A stretch of DNA of 64,000 nucleotides from Candidatus Krumholzibacteriota bacterium (GTDB lineage Bacteria > Krumholzibacteriota > Krumholzibacteriia > JAJRXK01), in contig CAVSGG010000005.1 in NCBI GenBank assembly GCA_963727455.1, forward strand, positions 1-64,000, read 5' to 3'. The notes under the pieces are model-generated. The model had not been told where the DNA came from, ran no database searches, and saw only the letters and a list, made by a program, of their open reading frames with translations. This document shows positions 47,262 through 57,394 of the stretch, one piece after another (the first letter of the stretch is position 1; the number at the start of each line of letters is the position of its first letter). The translations under genes were made by a program, and so were the position numbers.

Positions 47262-49109
47262 GTGAATCCCCCAGGCCGGCAGCATTCCCCTCTCAGCGTG
47301 GAGGAAAGGGACCGGCGGTGGCGCGACGAAGTCTACCTCGCCGATGGTAGTCCTCAACTCACGTTGCGCTCGACTCTGACGGGTGTCCTCCTGGGATGCA
47401 TGCTCGCTCTGAGCAACCTTTACGCGGGTCTCAAGACCGGCTGGTCGTTCTCCATCGCAATCACCGCCTGCATTCTCTCCTTCTCTTTTTGGCGCATATT
47501 CAAGCTCGCCAAACCCAACTTGCGCTCCCCGGGGATTCTCGAAGACAACTGCATGCAGTCGACGGCTTCCGCGGCGGGCTACACCATCGTAGCGCTCTTG
47601 GTCTCGGCCATCCCGGCCTATCTCATGGTCACCGGTGTGAGCATTCGCGCGGGTTGGCTCATTCTGTGGGTGTTTTTCTCGGCCGCCCTGGGCCTGATGC
47701 TCTTTATCCCCTTCAAGCGACAGCTCGTGAACGACGAGAGCCTGACCTTCCCCAGTGGAGTCGCGGCGGCGGAGACCCTTCGCGGCTTGCACGCCAAGGG
47801 GACGGAACCCCTGCGGCACGCGAGGGGACTCTTCGCCGGCATGGGGCTGGGCGCATTGGGATCGTGGCTTGGAACCAACAATGCTTTCAGCTGGTGGCGC
47901 TTTCCGAGAATTCCCGATTCCATATTCGTTCCCGGATCGATCTCGGGCGTTTCCCTCTCGCCGCTGACGGTCGGATTGGACTTGGCCGGCGTTTCACTGG
48001 CGGGCGGAGCTCTCATCGGAATTCGCATCTCGCTGTGGATGCTCGCCGGGTCGAGTATCGTCTATCTTCTCCTGGCGCCGTGGCTGGTCTCGAATCTCTA
48101 CATCGTGGGGGAGCTCTCCTATCGCAACATCCAGAATGGCTTTGCGCTCTGGCTCGGCGCATCGCTCATGGTAGGAGCTTCTCTATCAGATCTCTTCTTC
48201 CAACGCCACACCATGGGAAGGGCGTTTTCTGGTCTTTGGGCCATTCTGCGCGGCCGTTCCGGATCGAGCCTGGATGATCCACTTGCCGAGATCGAGATGC
48301 CCGACTGGTGGTTTCTGGTGGGGCTCGGCTTCTGTGTGATCGGATTGGCCGTGACCGGCATCCTGGCCTTCGCCATATCTCCTCTCTCACTCCTGGCAGC
48401 ACTCATCTTGAGCCTGCTCTTCGTCGTGGTGGCAACGCGCGCGGTGGGGGAGACGGATCTCATTCCGGTAGGGCAGCTGGGAAAGTTGGCTCAGCTCAGC
48501 TTCGGTGGGCTCGCTCCGCGCCGCCTGAGCACCAATTTGATGGCGACCGGGATGAGCGTGAGTTCCGCCGCTTGCGCCGCTGATCTCGCCACAAATCTCA
48601 AGTGTGGACGCCTACTGGGAGGCAACCCCCGTAAGCAGTTCCAGGCGCAACTCTTGGGGACTCTGGCCGGCGCTCTGGTGGTGGTACCCGCGTTCTACGT
48701 ACTCGTGCCCGATGTCAGCGTGCTGGGCACGGCACAGCTTCCCGCTCCGGCCGCCGCCGCCTGGCGGGCCATCGCCGAGCTGATGTCCAGCGGCCTTTCC
48801 GCGCTCGCCCCCGCCGCGCGTCTCGGCCTGTTGGTGGGTCTCATCCTGGGTCTGATTCTCTCCGTGATCTCACAAATTTGGCCAGAGAACAAGTGGACGC
48901 CCAGCGCCTTCGGTTTGGGCTTGGGAATGGTGATACCCTTCAGCCAGTCCACCGCCTTCGTGCTCGGCGCTCTTCTGGCCATCGTGGCGCGCAGAGCGGA
49001 TGCTTCGCGCGCGGAAGCCTATACCGTCCCGGTGGCCAGCGGCATCATCGCCGGAGAGAGTTTGTTGGGAGTGCTGTTCGGGACCCTGGCCGCCCTGGGC
49101 CTCATGTAG
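47262..49109 (+). CDS. OPT/YSL-family oligopeptide transporter
   Basis: QLTLRS, NLYAGLKTGW, NCMQSTASAAG, LTFPSGVAAAETL, GETD, PAPAA..W, ASGIIAGES. Confidence 0.9.
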   Translation: MNPPGRQHSPLSVEERDRRWRDEVYLADGSPQLTLRSTLTGVLLGCMLALSNLYAGLKTGWSFSIAITACILSFSFWRIFKLAKPNLRSPGILEDNCMQSTASAAGYTIVALLVSAIPAYLMVTGVSIRAGWLILWVFFSAALGLMLFIPFKRQLVNDESLTFPSGVAAAETLRGLHAKGTEPLRHARGLFAGMGLGALGSWLGTNNAFSWWRFPRIPDSIFVPGSISGVSLSPLTVGLDLAGVSLAGGALIGIRISLWMLAGSSIVYLLLAPWLVSNLYIVGELSYRNIQNGFALWLGASLMVGASLSDLFFQRHTMGRAFSGLWAILRGRSGSSLDDPLAEIEMPDWWFLVGLGFCVIGLAVTGILAFAISPLSLLAALILSLLFVVVATRAVGETDLIPVGQLGKLAQLSFGGLAPRRLSTNLMATGMSVSSAACAADLATNLKCGRLLGGNPRKQFQAQLLGTLAGALVVVPAFYVLVPDVSVLGTAQLPAPAAAAWRAIAELMSSGLSALAPAARLGLLVGLILGLILSVISQIWPENKWTPSAFGLGLGMVIPFSQSTAFVLGALLAIVARRADASRAEAYTVPVASGIIAGESLLGVLFGTLAALGLM

Positions 49110-49575
49110 ACCGCTGACAGAGCTCCAGTAGAACACCACCGGTCGAGCGAGGGTGGCAGAAGGCGATGAGCTTGTTCGAAGCTCCAGGGCGTGGCGCTTC
49201 GTCGATCATCGTGATCCCCGCCTCGCGCAGCATTCTCACCGCAGACGCGCAATCTCTCACTTTCAGGGCTACGTGATGGAGCCCTGGCCCTCGCTTCTTC
49301 AAGAACTTCGCGACCGGGCTTTGTTCGCGGGTGGGTTCGAGGAGCTCGAGGTGGGGTCCCTTCAGGTCCAGAATGGCGACGCGCACCCCATCGCTCTCGA
49401 TGGTCTCCGTTGCCAGCAGCGGGAGTTCCAATAAGTCGCGATACAGAGGCAAAACTTGCTCCAGCTCCGGGACCGCCACGCCCAGATGATCCAGCCCGAC
49501 GCAGAGCGGGCGCAGCTCGGCAGGGAGATTCAGAATGGCCCTGCGCAATTGTTCGGGATTCTCGAAGAGGCTCAC
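49102..49575 (-). CDS. mce: Methylmalonyl-CoA epimerase
   Basis: LDHLGVAV, LELLEP, FLKKRGPGLHHVA, HPRSTGGVLLEL; follows the carboxylase genes. Confidence 0.92.
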   Translation of the reverse strand: MSLFENPEQLRRAILNLPAELRPLCVGLDHLGVAVPELEQVLPLYRDLLELPLLATETIESDGVRVAILDLKGPHLELLEPTREQSPVAKFLKKRGPGLHHVALKVRDCASAVRMLREAGITMIDEAPRPGASNKLIAFCHPRSTGGVLLELCQRST

Positions 49576-50108
49576 TGTGTCTCCAGGGACTTCGGTTGAA
49601 CTCGCAGCAGCACGGTGCCTGCGGCAACGGTACTACCGGCCTCGACCAAGATTTCCTCGACGATACCGGCACCGGGTGAAGGAAGTTCGTTTTGCATCTT
49701 CATCGCTTCGAGGATGACCAGGGCCTGCCCTGGCTTCACTTCGTCACCCACCGCGCACTTGTATTCGACGACGAGCCCCGGCATCTCCGCGAGGACTTCG
49801 GCGCCCGAAGAACCGGAAGTCACCTGTTCCGCGGCTGCGGCGGCGAGTTCATCGAGGACTTCCACTCTGCCCCCGCGTCCTCCCAGCAGCGCTGCGTGCC
49901 AGGAGCTTCCCGGAGGGGTGAGATCGACCAGATACATGCGACCGTTCTGACGAATGCTGACGGTACGACCGCCATCCAGCACTAGCGCGTCGGTGATGCG
50001 CGCTCCCGTGGGAGTTTCCACCCATATCTTGCCAGCGCCATCGCGCACCACCACCGCTTTCAGGTCCTCTCCGAAGAGTCGTGTCACGTAGGTCTTGCGC
50101 AGTTCCAT
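49572..50108 (-). CDS. Biotin carboxyl carrier subunit
   Basis: AEMPG, LEAMKMQNE biotinylation motif. Confidence 0.92.
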   Translation of the reverse strand: MELRKTYVTRLFGEDLKAVVVRDGAGKIWVETPTGARITDALVLDGGRTVSIRQNGRMYLVDLTPPGSSWHAALLGGRGGRVEVLDELAAAAAEQVTSGSSGAEVLAEMPGLVVEYKCAVGDEVKPGQALVILEAMKMQNELPSPGAGIVEEILVEAGSTVAAGTVLLRVQPKSLETQ

Positions 50109-50116
50109 TGCGTCCC

Positions 50117-51640
50117 CTAGTCCAGCTTTCGCGTCATGGCGAGTCGGCCGTACTGGCCCCAGGTCGACAACGGCGCTGGCCGATCCCCGTGTCCTCCATT
50201 CGCATTCCCCAGGCCCGCTTCCACCAGCGCCAGCGCGGCGGCGAGAGCCTCTTTTTCGTCCTGCGTGAGGTTGCTCTTGAGTTCCGCGGGATCGAAACGC
50301 TCCTCGAGAAATCGAGTACTGTAATGCCCGTCGATGAACTCGGGCTGTTCGAGTACCCAGCGGTGTAGGGGAATGTTGTGAATCAAACCCAAGATGCGGT
50401 AATCCGCGAGCGCCCGACGGCCGCGTGCGATCGCGGCACTGCGGTTCTCCGCTACCACGATCAGCTTGGCCAACATGGGGTCGTAGTACACGGGGACTTC
50501 ATATCCTTCGCGAAGTCCGCGGTCGTTCCGCACTCCCGCCCCCACCGGCATTCGCAGGCGATGCACCGTACCCGGACTGGGCGCGAAGTTCAGCCAGGGA
50601 TTCTCGGCATAAACTCGAAATTCGATCGCGTGGCCCCGCTGACGGAGATCTTTCTGCTTCCAACGGAGTCCCTCGCCCTGGGCCACCCTGACCTGAGCTG
50701 CCACGAGGTCGACGCCTACGACCTCTTCGGTAACCGGATGCTCCACCTGGAGTCGGGTGTTCATTTCCAGGAAGTAGAAGTTGTCATTCTCATCCGCAAT
50801 GAACTCCACCGTTCCCGCGCCGCGATACTTCACGGCCTGGGCGGCCTTGACTGCAGCTTCGCACAGACTTTGGCGGGTCTCGTCGGAGATGGAGGGGGAG
50901 GGTGACTCTTCGATCACTTTCTGGTGGCGCCGCTGAACGCTGCATTCGCGTTCGTAGAGATGCAATACCTCGCCCCTGCCGTCACCCAAGACCTGGACCT
51001 CGAGATGGCGCGGTCTCTCGATGAATTTCTCCAGGAAGACCGAAGCGTCGCCGAACGCGCCTTTGGCCTCGCCCTTGGTGCGTTCGAGGAAACTGGCCAT
51101 TTCCTTTTCGGCATGCACCACTCGCATTCCCTTGCCGCCGCCCCCCGCCGCGGCCTTCAGCAGGACCGGGTAGCCGATCTCCTCAGCCGCCTTCAGCGCC
51201 GAGGAAAGATCCTCCAGGGCGCGAAAGTTGCCGGGAACCACGGGAACCCCGGCCTTCTCCATGAGGGTCCGCGCCGAGAGCTTGTTGCCCATGCTTTGCA
51301 TGCTCTGAGGAGTGGGTCCGATGAAGACGAGGCCGGCATCTTCCACCGCGCGCGCGAACTCGGCGTTCTCGCTCAAGAAACCGTAACCGGGATGGATGGC
51401 GTCGGCTTTCGCCTGATGCGCTGCGTCGATGATCTTCTCGATACTCAAATAGCTCTCGCTCGAGGGTCCGGCGCCCAGAGGATAGGCTTCGTCGGCCTGG
51501 AGGGTATGCAGCGCGGTCCGGTCGGGATCACTGTAGACCGCGCAAGCGACGATGCCCATCTCGCGCAGAGTCTGTTGGATTCGCACCGAGATTTCGCCTC
51601 GATTGGCGATCAGCACTTTTTTCAGCGATGCGGTGGTCAA
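50117..51640 (-). CDS. Biotin carboxylase subunit of acyl-CoA (propionyl-CoA) carboxylase
   Basis: ANRGEI, HPGYGFLSEN, GGGGKGMR, RECSVQRRHQK, EMNTRLQVEHPVTE, YYDPMLAKL. Confidence 0.95.
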   Translation of the reverse strand: MTTASLKKVLIANRGEISVRIQQTLREMGIVACAVYSDPDRTALHTLQADEAYPLGAGPSSESYLSIEKIIDAAHQAKADAIHPGYGFLSENAEFARAVEDAGLVFIGPTPQSMQSMGNKLSARTLMEKAGVPVVPGNFRALEDLSSALKAAEEIGYPVLLKAAAGGGGKGMRVVHAEKEMASFLERTKGEAKGAFGDASVFLEKFIERPRHLEVQVLGDGRGEVLHLYERECSVQRRHQKVIEESPSPSISDETRQSLCEAAVKAAQAVKYRGAGTVEFIADENDNFYFLEMNTRLQVEHPVTEEVVGVDLVAAQVRVAQGEGLRWKQKDLRQRGHAIEFRVYAENPWLNFAPSPGTVHRLRMPVGAGVRNDRGLREGYEVPVYYDPMLAKLIVVAENRSAAIARGRRALADYRILGLIHNIPLHRWVLEQPEFIDGHYSTRFLEERFDPAELKSNLTQDEKEALAAALALVEAGLGNANGGHGDRPAPLSTWGQYGRLAMTRKLD

Positions 51641-51649
51641 GGTGAGCTC

Positions 51650-53206
51650 CTAGAGAGGAATGTTCCCGTGCTTCTTGCGGGGGGTTTCCTGCTTTTTGTT
51701 GCGCAGTCTACGCAGCGCGGCGATGAGCAGGGGGCGTGTGTCGCGCGGTTCGATGACATCATCGAGGTATCCCAGGCTCGCGGCCACGTAGGGATTCGCG
51801 AGTCTCGCCTCGTACTCCTGCACCCTCCGTTTGCGCGCGGCCTCGGGATCGTCGGCCTTCTCGATCTCCTTACGGTAGATGATGTTGACCGCGCCCTCGG
51901 GCCCCATCACCGCCAGCTCGGCGCTGGGCCAGGCTACGTTCCAATCGCCCCGGATGTGCTTGGAGCTCATCACGTCGTAAGCGCCACCGTAGGCCTTGCG
52001 AGTAATGACGGTCAGCTTGGGAACGGTTGCTTCGCAATAGGCGTAGAGCAGCTTTGCGCCGTGTTTAATGAGACCACCGAACTCTTGACGTGTGCCCGGC
52101 AAGAAGCCGGGGACGTCTTCGAAGGTAATTAGCGGGATGTTGAAGCAGTCGCAGCTGCGAACGAAGCGCGCTGCTTTCAAACTGGCGTCGATGTCGAGCA
52201 CTCCAGCCAGATTCTTCGGTTGGTTGCCCACGATGCCCACGCTGGCTCCCCCCAAGCGCGCGAATCCGCACACGATGTTTTGCGCGTAGGCGGGCTGAAT
52301 CTCCAGGAACTCCCCGTCGTCTACCACCAGCCGAATGACTTCCTTGATGTCGTAGGGTTGCTTGGGGCTGTCGGGAATGATCTCGTTCAGACGTTTCTCG
52401 CGGCGATCGATAGGATCGGTGCAGGCGACGGCGGGCGGATCCTCCAAATTGTTCTGCGGAAGGTAGCTCAGCAGCTTCTTCACCATCAAAAGGCACTCTT
52501 GATCGCTCTGAGCCTTCAGGTGGGCGACGCCGCTCTTCATGTTGTGCGTATCCGCTCCACCCAGTTCTTCGAAGGTGACGTCCTCGTTGGTGACCATCTT
52601 GATGACGTTCGGTCCGGTCACGAACATGTGGCTGGTCTTTTCCACCATGATCGTGAAATCGGTGATGGCGGGGCTGTACACCGCCCCCCCCGCGCAGGGT
52701 CCCATGATCGCGCTGATCTGAGGGACAACGCCGCTGGCCTGTGTGTTGCGCCAGAAGATCTCCGCATAGCCGGCAAGACTCTCGACACCCTCTTGGATAC
52801 GAGCGCCGCCGCTGTCGTTGAGACCGATGACGGGTGCGCCGTTCTGGAGAGCTTCGTCCATGATGCGGCAGATCTTCTCCGCATTGGCCATGCTCATGCT
52901 CCCCCCGAAGACCGTGAAATCCTGGGCGAAGAGATAGACCAGGCGGCCGTCGACTTTCCCTGCCCCGGTGACGATACCATCGCCCAAAGGCCGGGAACGT
53001 TCCATGCCCAGATCGTTGCAACGATGGGTCACGAAAACGCCGGTTTCCTGGAAGGAGCCCTCGTCGAGCAGGAGATGAATGCGCTCGCGGGCGGTGAGTC
53101 GACCGGATGCGTGGATCTTGTCAATCCTGGTCTGACCACCGCCGAGAAGGGCTTCTTGGTGCTTTTCCGCCAGCTCTTTGATCTTCTTCTGAATGTTCTC
53201 GCCCAT
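51650..53206 (-). CDS. pccB: Acyl-CoA carboxylase carboxyltransferase subunit (PccB-like)
   Basis: [64 protein letters not shown]. Confidence 0.93.
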   Translation of the reverse strand: MGENIQKKIKELAEKHQEALLGGGQTRIDKIHASGRLTARERIHLLLDEGSFQETGVFVTHRCNDLGMERSRPLGDGIVTGAGKVDGRLVYLFAQDFTVFGGSMSMANAEKICRIMDEALQNGAPVIGLNDSGGARIQEGVESLAGYAEIFWRNTQASGVVPQISAIMGPCAGGAVYSPAITDFTIMVEKTSHMFVTGPNVIKMVTNEDVTFEELGGADTHNMKSGVAHLKAQSDQECLLMVKKLLSYLPQNNLEDPPAVACTDPIDRREKRLNEIIPDSPKQPYDIKEVIRLVVDDGEFLEIQPAYAQNIVCGFARLGGASVGIVGNQPKNLAGVLDIDASLKAARFVRSCDCFNIPLITFEDVPGFLPGTRQEFGGLIKHGAKLLYAYCEATVPKLTVITRKAYGGAYDVMSSKHIRGDWNVAWPSAELAVMGPEGAVNIIYRKEIEKADDPEAARKRRVQEYEARLANPYVAASLGYLDDVIEPRDTRPLLIAALRRLRNKKQETPRKKHGNIPL

Positions 53207-53213
53207 AGTACCA

Positions 53214-53219
53214 AAGCTA
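53214..53219 (-). promoter_or_regulatory. Putative -10 (TAGCTT) 7 nt upstream of the pccB ATG; leaderless
   Basis: Minus strand TAGCTT-tggtact-ATG; no SD. Confidence 0.45.
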
Positions 53220-53337
53220 GTTCCGAGGGGATGGTGGCGCGCGCGGCAGAGGGTGCCCGCGGCCGAGGAATCGTTCCAAAGGTCCAAGAGACCCTAGATT
53301 AGCAGAGGAGGAAAGCCAGTGCCGCAAAGAAAACGGA

Positions 53338-56070
53338 TCAGCGAACCACGAGCACCGAATTGACGGCACCGAAGCCGTCGGAAACGCGGCTGGAATTGGC
53401 TGGATCGGCAATCCAACGCGTTCCGTCCACGACCAGCTTGTATTGGAAACTGCCGGGACGAAGCCGGATCTCCGTGCGCCAGAGGCCATCGGCGCCACGC
53501 CGCAGGATGTTTGCCTTGGGGCTCCATCCGTTGAAACTCCCCACGACCGCGACGCTCGATGCCTTGGGATCGCGATAGGTGATGGGCACCAGGCGCATCT
53601 CCACTCGGGTCTGTTCCTCGCGAGTCCATAGGTTTTCAGCTGGGACCGAGCCCAAGTAGGCGTATCCATCGACCAGGCTCTTCAAGCGATAGTCCGCTGC
53701 GAAGAGCGGCGCGCCCGTAACGTCCTTCAGTCCGAGTCGAATCTTCGCCACCCCGCTCTCGTCCGCGACCACTTTCACGAGGAGGTAATTCGTTCCCGGG
53801 CTGAGTCGCAGTGAAGTCTCGAAAGTATCGTGGGCCAGGCGGGTACGTCCGAGCTCGTCGCCATTCACTTTCAGGAGTGCTTCGGTTCGCGATTCTAACT
53901 TCACTCTGGCATCGCGCGTGGCGGTCGAGACTGCGGTGAGGCCGTACCAGACCGCGCCGGGCGCGCCATGTCCCAGCATGACCGAACCGTCGGTGGCCAG
54001 AGCGCGGGGCTCGATGTGCTGCCAACGCTCCATTCCTTTCAAACCGGGATAGCTCTGCCCGAGACGCACCTGGAAATCGGGTCCCGCGGTCGTCGCGAGC
54101 GGAGAGCTCTCGCCGGGAGCGAAAGGTCCGACCGTGAGCCAACCGAAATGTACCGCAAAGCTCGCGTCGAGTTGGGCAGTGAGCCCATGGTCGTCGTAGA
54201 AGCGCCACTGCACCGGGTAGTCCCCGGGAGCTTTGTTCTCGGGCGCAATGATCTTCACCTTCCAGGTGCTGGTCGAGCGGGCGGGTAGCCTGAATTCGCG
54301 CGCAGCGCGCGGTTCCACTTCGAAGTCGGGAGGAACCACGATCTCGTAGCGGCCGTCGAGATCGCTGGTCAGGGCGTTTTCGAGCGAAACCTCAAAGCTG
54401 CGCGAGTGGTTATTTCCCTGAGGAAGCGCGAGGACAGTGGCCCGCATGGGGTCCACGATCGAACATGCCGGGGCATGCTTCGGGCCTCCCGCAGGGCCCC
54501 TGAGGATGACCCACCACAGCCCGGGATCCTGAGGCAGAGTGGGCAGCGTCGCATTCGCGCTCAATTTCCCCTGGGCCTCTAGGGTCAAGGGAACGAAGGC
54601 GCGGGTGAGGTGACCATCCGTCCAGGCCGCGGTCCATTCGCCGGGAATTTCGCGCTCGGCAGCCGAGACCCGGTCGAAGTGCAGGTGCAGGCTGGGACGA
54701 TGATCGCGAGTAACCACGCCCGGCAGAATCTGAGCACGGTAGGAGGATTCGGGCCGGCTCCGATACAACAGCTCCGCGGCATCGCGTTGCAACAGCCCGA
54801 TTGCGGTCGACAACCACTTGGCGGCGTCTCTCTCGTGGAAGCTGAAGGCCGCCGTTGCGTCGCTACCGTTCAGGCCCTGCTCCTTGAATTCTCTGGGATG
54901 CATGGCCTGACGCTCCCTGATGTCGAATTCCTGCCAGCGGTCAGCCCAGCCTTGGAGCATGGTCGCGACGGAATCCGGGACATCCTCCAGACGATCGCTG
55001 GCGTTCTGCAGGGCCAGACGGATGGCCGCGGTTTCCTCGGGACTGAAGATGTGAGCGCGGATGAGGAACTCGATCGCGACGCGGCTGCGCTGCAGGCGCT
55101 CCTGATTGGCAAGAACGGTGGGAATGGAAACCCGCTGGTCACCGAGATCGAGCTCCATGGGCCCCCGGTAGGGAAGATCCAGCTCCTGGAGAGTACCGCG
55201 AAGCAGGTCGTTCAACTCGGCGTCTCCCAAGAGTGCGACCGCTCGGCTCAACAGGATGGTGGTCTGATCCGTTCGCAAGAGATCGAGACCCGCTTGCAAG
55301 GGCCACCCCGAGGACGGATCGAGTCGCTGGGACATCCATGCCTTGGCTCGGGCGTCGTTTGGGCCGTCGAGGCTGCCTCCGGCCAGGAGTGAGTAGGCCA
55401 GACGCAGAGAAGCCCCTCGATCACAGGGGGCGCTCAGAGCGACGGGAACGAGGTCCGCCAAATCCGGCGAATGTTGTTGTCGATGCCCCAGAGAATCGTA
55501 GCGAGCATATCCACCGGTGGAGGGGTCATAGATGTTGCGCGCAATCCGGCGCTCCACGAGATCGCGGTCCCGCCACCAGATCAGGGCGTCGAAGACGTGA
55601 TCCGCCCGAAAGGCCATCCCGGCCAGTGCGCTCAGCTGGGTCATCTCCAGGGCGGGGAGGATGGCGGTGGTGCCTCGGGTGATGGGCATGGACTTCGGGA
55701 ACACTTCGGGACGCGCCTCCCAGGCCCCTCGATTCTGGGCGTCGAGGCGCTTGGAAAGCCAGAACTGCCAGCGGACCAAGGCCTTGTAGGTGACGGGATC
55801 GGGCTCCTCCAACTCGCGTTCTGCCTCGTTGACCACGCTGGCTAGCAGGGGGATCTGCAAGGGGTTGAAGCTCTTGGCCCGCTGATCGAGCTCCTCGGGA
55901 CGGGCTTGCGCCGTCCAGCTCAGAAAGTCCCTCAAAGCTACGTAGGATTCCACCACCTTCCCCGTGCTTTCCGCAGAGGGATCCATGGCTGCGGGGCGAA
56001 GCGCTGCGCAGAGTAGAGGGGTGAGCAGAAGTGGTGCGGCCGCTTTGAGCCAGCGGCGTCTCGTGGTCAT
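53338..56070 (-). CDS. Exported multidomain protein: helical GH-like N-terminal region, NEW3-like Ig domain, C-terminal CBM48/AMPK-beta glycogen-binding domain
   Basis: TRRRWLK plus hydrophobic signal; C-terminal VAVVGSFNGW...GSFQYKLVVDG.RWIADP...DGFGAVNS (CBM48); PENKAPGDYPV (NEW3-like). Confidence 0.75.
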   Translation of the reverse strand: MTTRRRWLKAAAPLLLTPLLCAALRPAAMDPSAESTGKVVESYVALRDFLSWTAQARPEELDQRAKSFNPLQIPLLASVVNEAERELEEPDPVTYKALVRWQFWLSKRLDAQNRGAWEARPEVFPKSMPITRGTTAILPALEMTQLSALAGMAFRADHVFDALIWWRDRDLVERRIARNIYDPSTGGYARYDSLGHRQQHSPDLADLVPVALSAPCDRGASLRLAYSLLAGGSLDGPNDARAKAWMSQRLDPSSGWPLQAGLDLLRTDQTTILLSRAVALLGDAELNDLLRGTLQELDLPYRGPMELDLGDQRVSIPTVLANQERLQRSRVAIEFLIRAHIFSPEETAAIRLALQNASDRLEDVPDSVATMLQGWADRWQEFDIRERQAMHPREFKEQGLNGSDATAAFSFHERDAAKWLSTAIGLLQRDAAELLYRSRPESSYRAQILPGVVTRDHRPSLHLHFDRVSAAEREIPGEWTAAWTDGHLTRAFVPLTLEAQGKLSANATLPTLPQDPGLWWVILRGPAGGPKHAPACSIVDPMRATVLALPQGNNHSRSFEVSLENALTSDLDGRYEIVVPPDFEVEPRAAREFRLPARSTSTWKVKIIAPENKAPGDYPVQWRFYDDHGLTAQLDASFAVHFGWLTVGPFAPGESSPLATTAGPDFQVRLGQSYPGLKGMERWQHIEPRALATDGSVMLGHGAPGAVWYGLTAVSTATRDARVKLESRTEALLKVNGDELGRTRLAHDTFETSLRLSPGTNYLLVKVVADESGVAKIRLGLKDVTGAPLFAADYRLKSLVDGYAYLGSVPAENLWTREEQTRVEMRLVPITYRDPKASSVAVVGSFNGWSPKANILRRGADGLWRTEIRLRPGSFQYKLVVDGTRWIADPANSSRVSDGFGAVNSVLVVR

Positions 56071-56197
56071 GACGGAAGCTCTGAGGCTGCAAGAGGCAGG
56101 CCAAGGAGTTCCTTGTCGTCTCGGCACTTCGGTGCTTTTGTGAAGGTTCCCATCCCGGCGGCCACGCGTTCGCCGGTAAGCCCAGTGAGGTGTCCAG

Positions 56198-57370
56198 ATG
56201 TTCCAAACCCAAGCCAGTGTTGCCTCTGCCGTACGTACTCCGATCGGGCGCTTTCTCGGGTCCCTCTCCGGCCGGAGCGCCATTGAATTGGGGATCTTCG
56301 CCGCCCGCGCCGCCATCGAGCGGGCTGGTCTGCAGGCGCGCGACATCGACTTGACCATCGTGGGCAACGCCCGGCCGGCCGGACTGGGTCCCAATCCAGC
56401 CCGGCAGATCGCGATCGGGACCGGCGTGCCGCAGGACAAGGTAGCCTACACCCTGAACATGGCCTGCGGCAGCAGCAGCACCGCGATCATTCTGGGTATC
56501 CAGGCTCTCACTCTGGGCAAGGCCAAGCGCGTGCTGGTGGGGGGAAGCGAGAACATGTCGCGCGTGCCCTATCTCTTGACGGAGGCGCGCATGGGCTACC
56601 GCATGGGTCACGCCCCGGTCGTGGACGGGATGTATCGCGACGGATTCGATTGTCCCATCGCCAAGCAGGTCATGGGACTCACTGCCGAGACTCTGGCGCG
56701 CGAATACGAAGTCTCGCGGGCGGAGCAGGACCGTTACGCTCTCATGTCTCAGACCCGCGCGGCGAAGGCATGGGAGGAGCGGGCGTTCGACGCGGAAATC
56801 AAAGCAATTCCTGCCGAGGGAAAACTGCCGGGACTGGACCACGATGAACACCTCCGGCCCAACACCACCTTGGAGAAGCTCGCCAAACTCCCGACCGTCT
56901 TCGAGGAAAACGGTACCGTGACCGCGGGCTCCAGCAGCGGACTCACCGACGCGGCGTGCATGCTGGTCCTCGAAAAACCGGGCCTGCGAGAGAAGCCACT
57001 GGCCTCCATTCTGGAGAGCGAGAGCGCGGGCGTCGATCCCGCGCGGATGGGCCTGGGACCGGTTCCCGCCACGCGCGCACTCATGGAACGCTGTGGACTG
57101 AGCATCGACGATTTCGATCTCATTGAGTTGAACGAGGCATTTGCGGCCCAAGTTCTCGCGTGCCAGCGGGAGCTTCAATTCGACATGGAGAAGACCAACC
57201 TCCAGGGAGGCGCCATCGCGCTGGGCCATCCCATCGGAGCCACCGGCGCTCGCATCACCACCACTCTCATCCACGCACTTCGCCGTCACGGAAAAGGCCT
57301 GGGTCTCTCTACCTTGTGCGTGAGCGGTGGTTTGGGAGTCTCGATTCTGGTGCGAAACGAAGAGGCCTAG
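56198..57370 (+). CDS. Thiolase (acetyl-CoA C-acyltransferase)
   Basis: NMACGSS, NEAFA, GHPIGATG, LCVSGG. Confidence 0.95.
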   Translation: MFQTQASVASAVRTPIGRFLGSLSGRSAIELGIFAARAAIERAGLQARDIDLTIVGNARPAGLGPNPARQIAIGTGVPQDKVAYTLNMACGSSSTAIILGIQALTLGKAKRVLVGGSENMSRVPYLLTEARMGYRMGHAPVVDGMYRDGFDCPIAKQVMGLTAETLAREYEVSRAEQDRYALMSQTRAAKAWEERAFDAEIKAIPAEGKLPGLDHDEHLRPNTTLEKLAKLPTVFEENGTVTAGSSSGLTDAACMLVLEKPGLREKPLASILESESAGVDPARMGLGPVPATRALMERCGLSIDDFDLIELNEAFAAQVLACQRELQFDMEKTNLQGGAIALGHPIGATGARITTTLIHALRRHGKGLGLSTLCVSGGLGVSILVRNEEA

Positions 57371-57394
57371 TCCCCAATTGGCAGGACGCGAACT

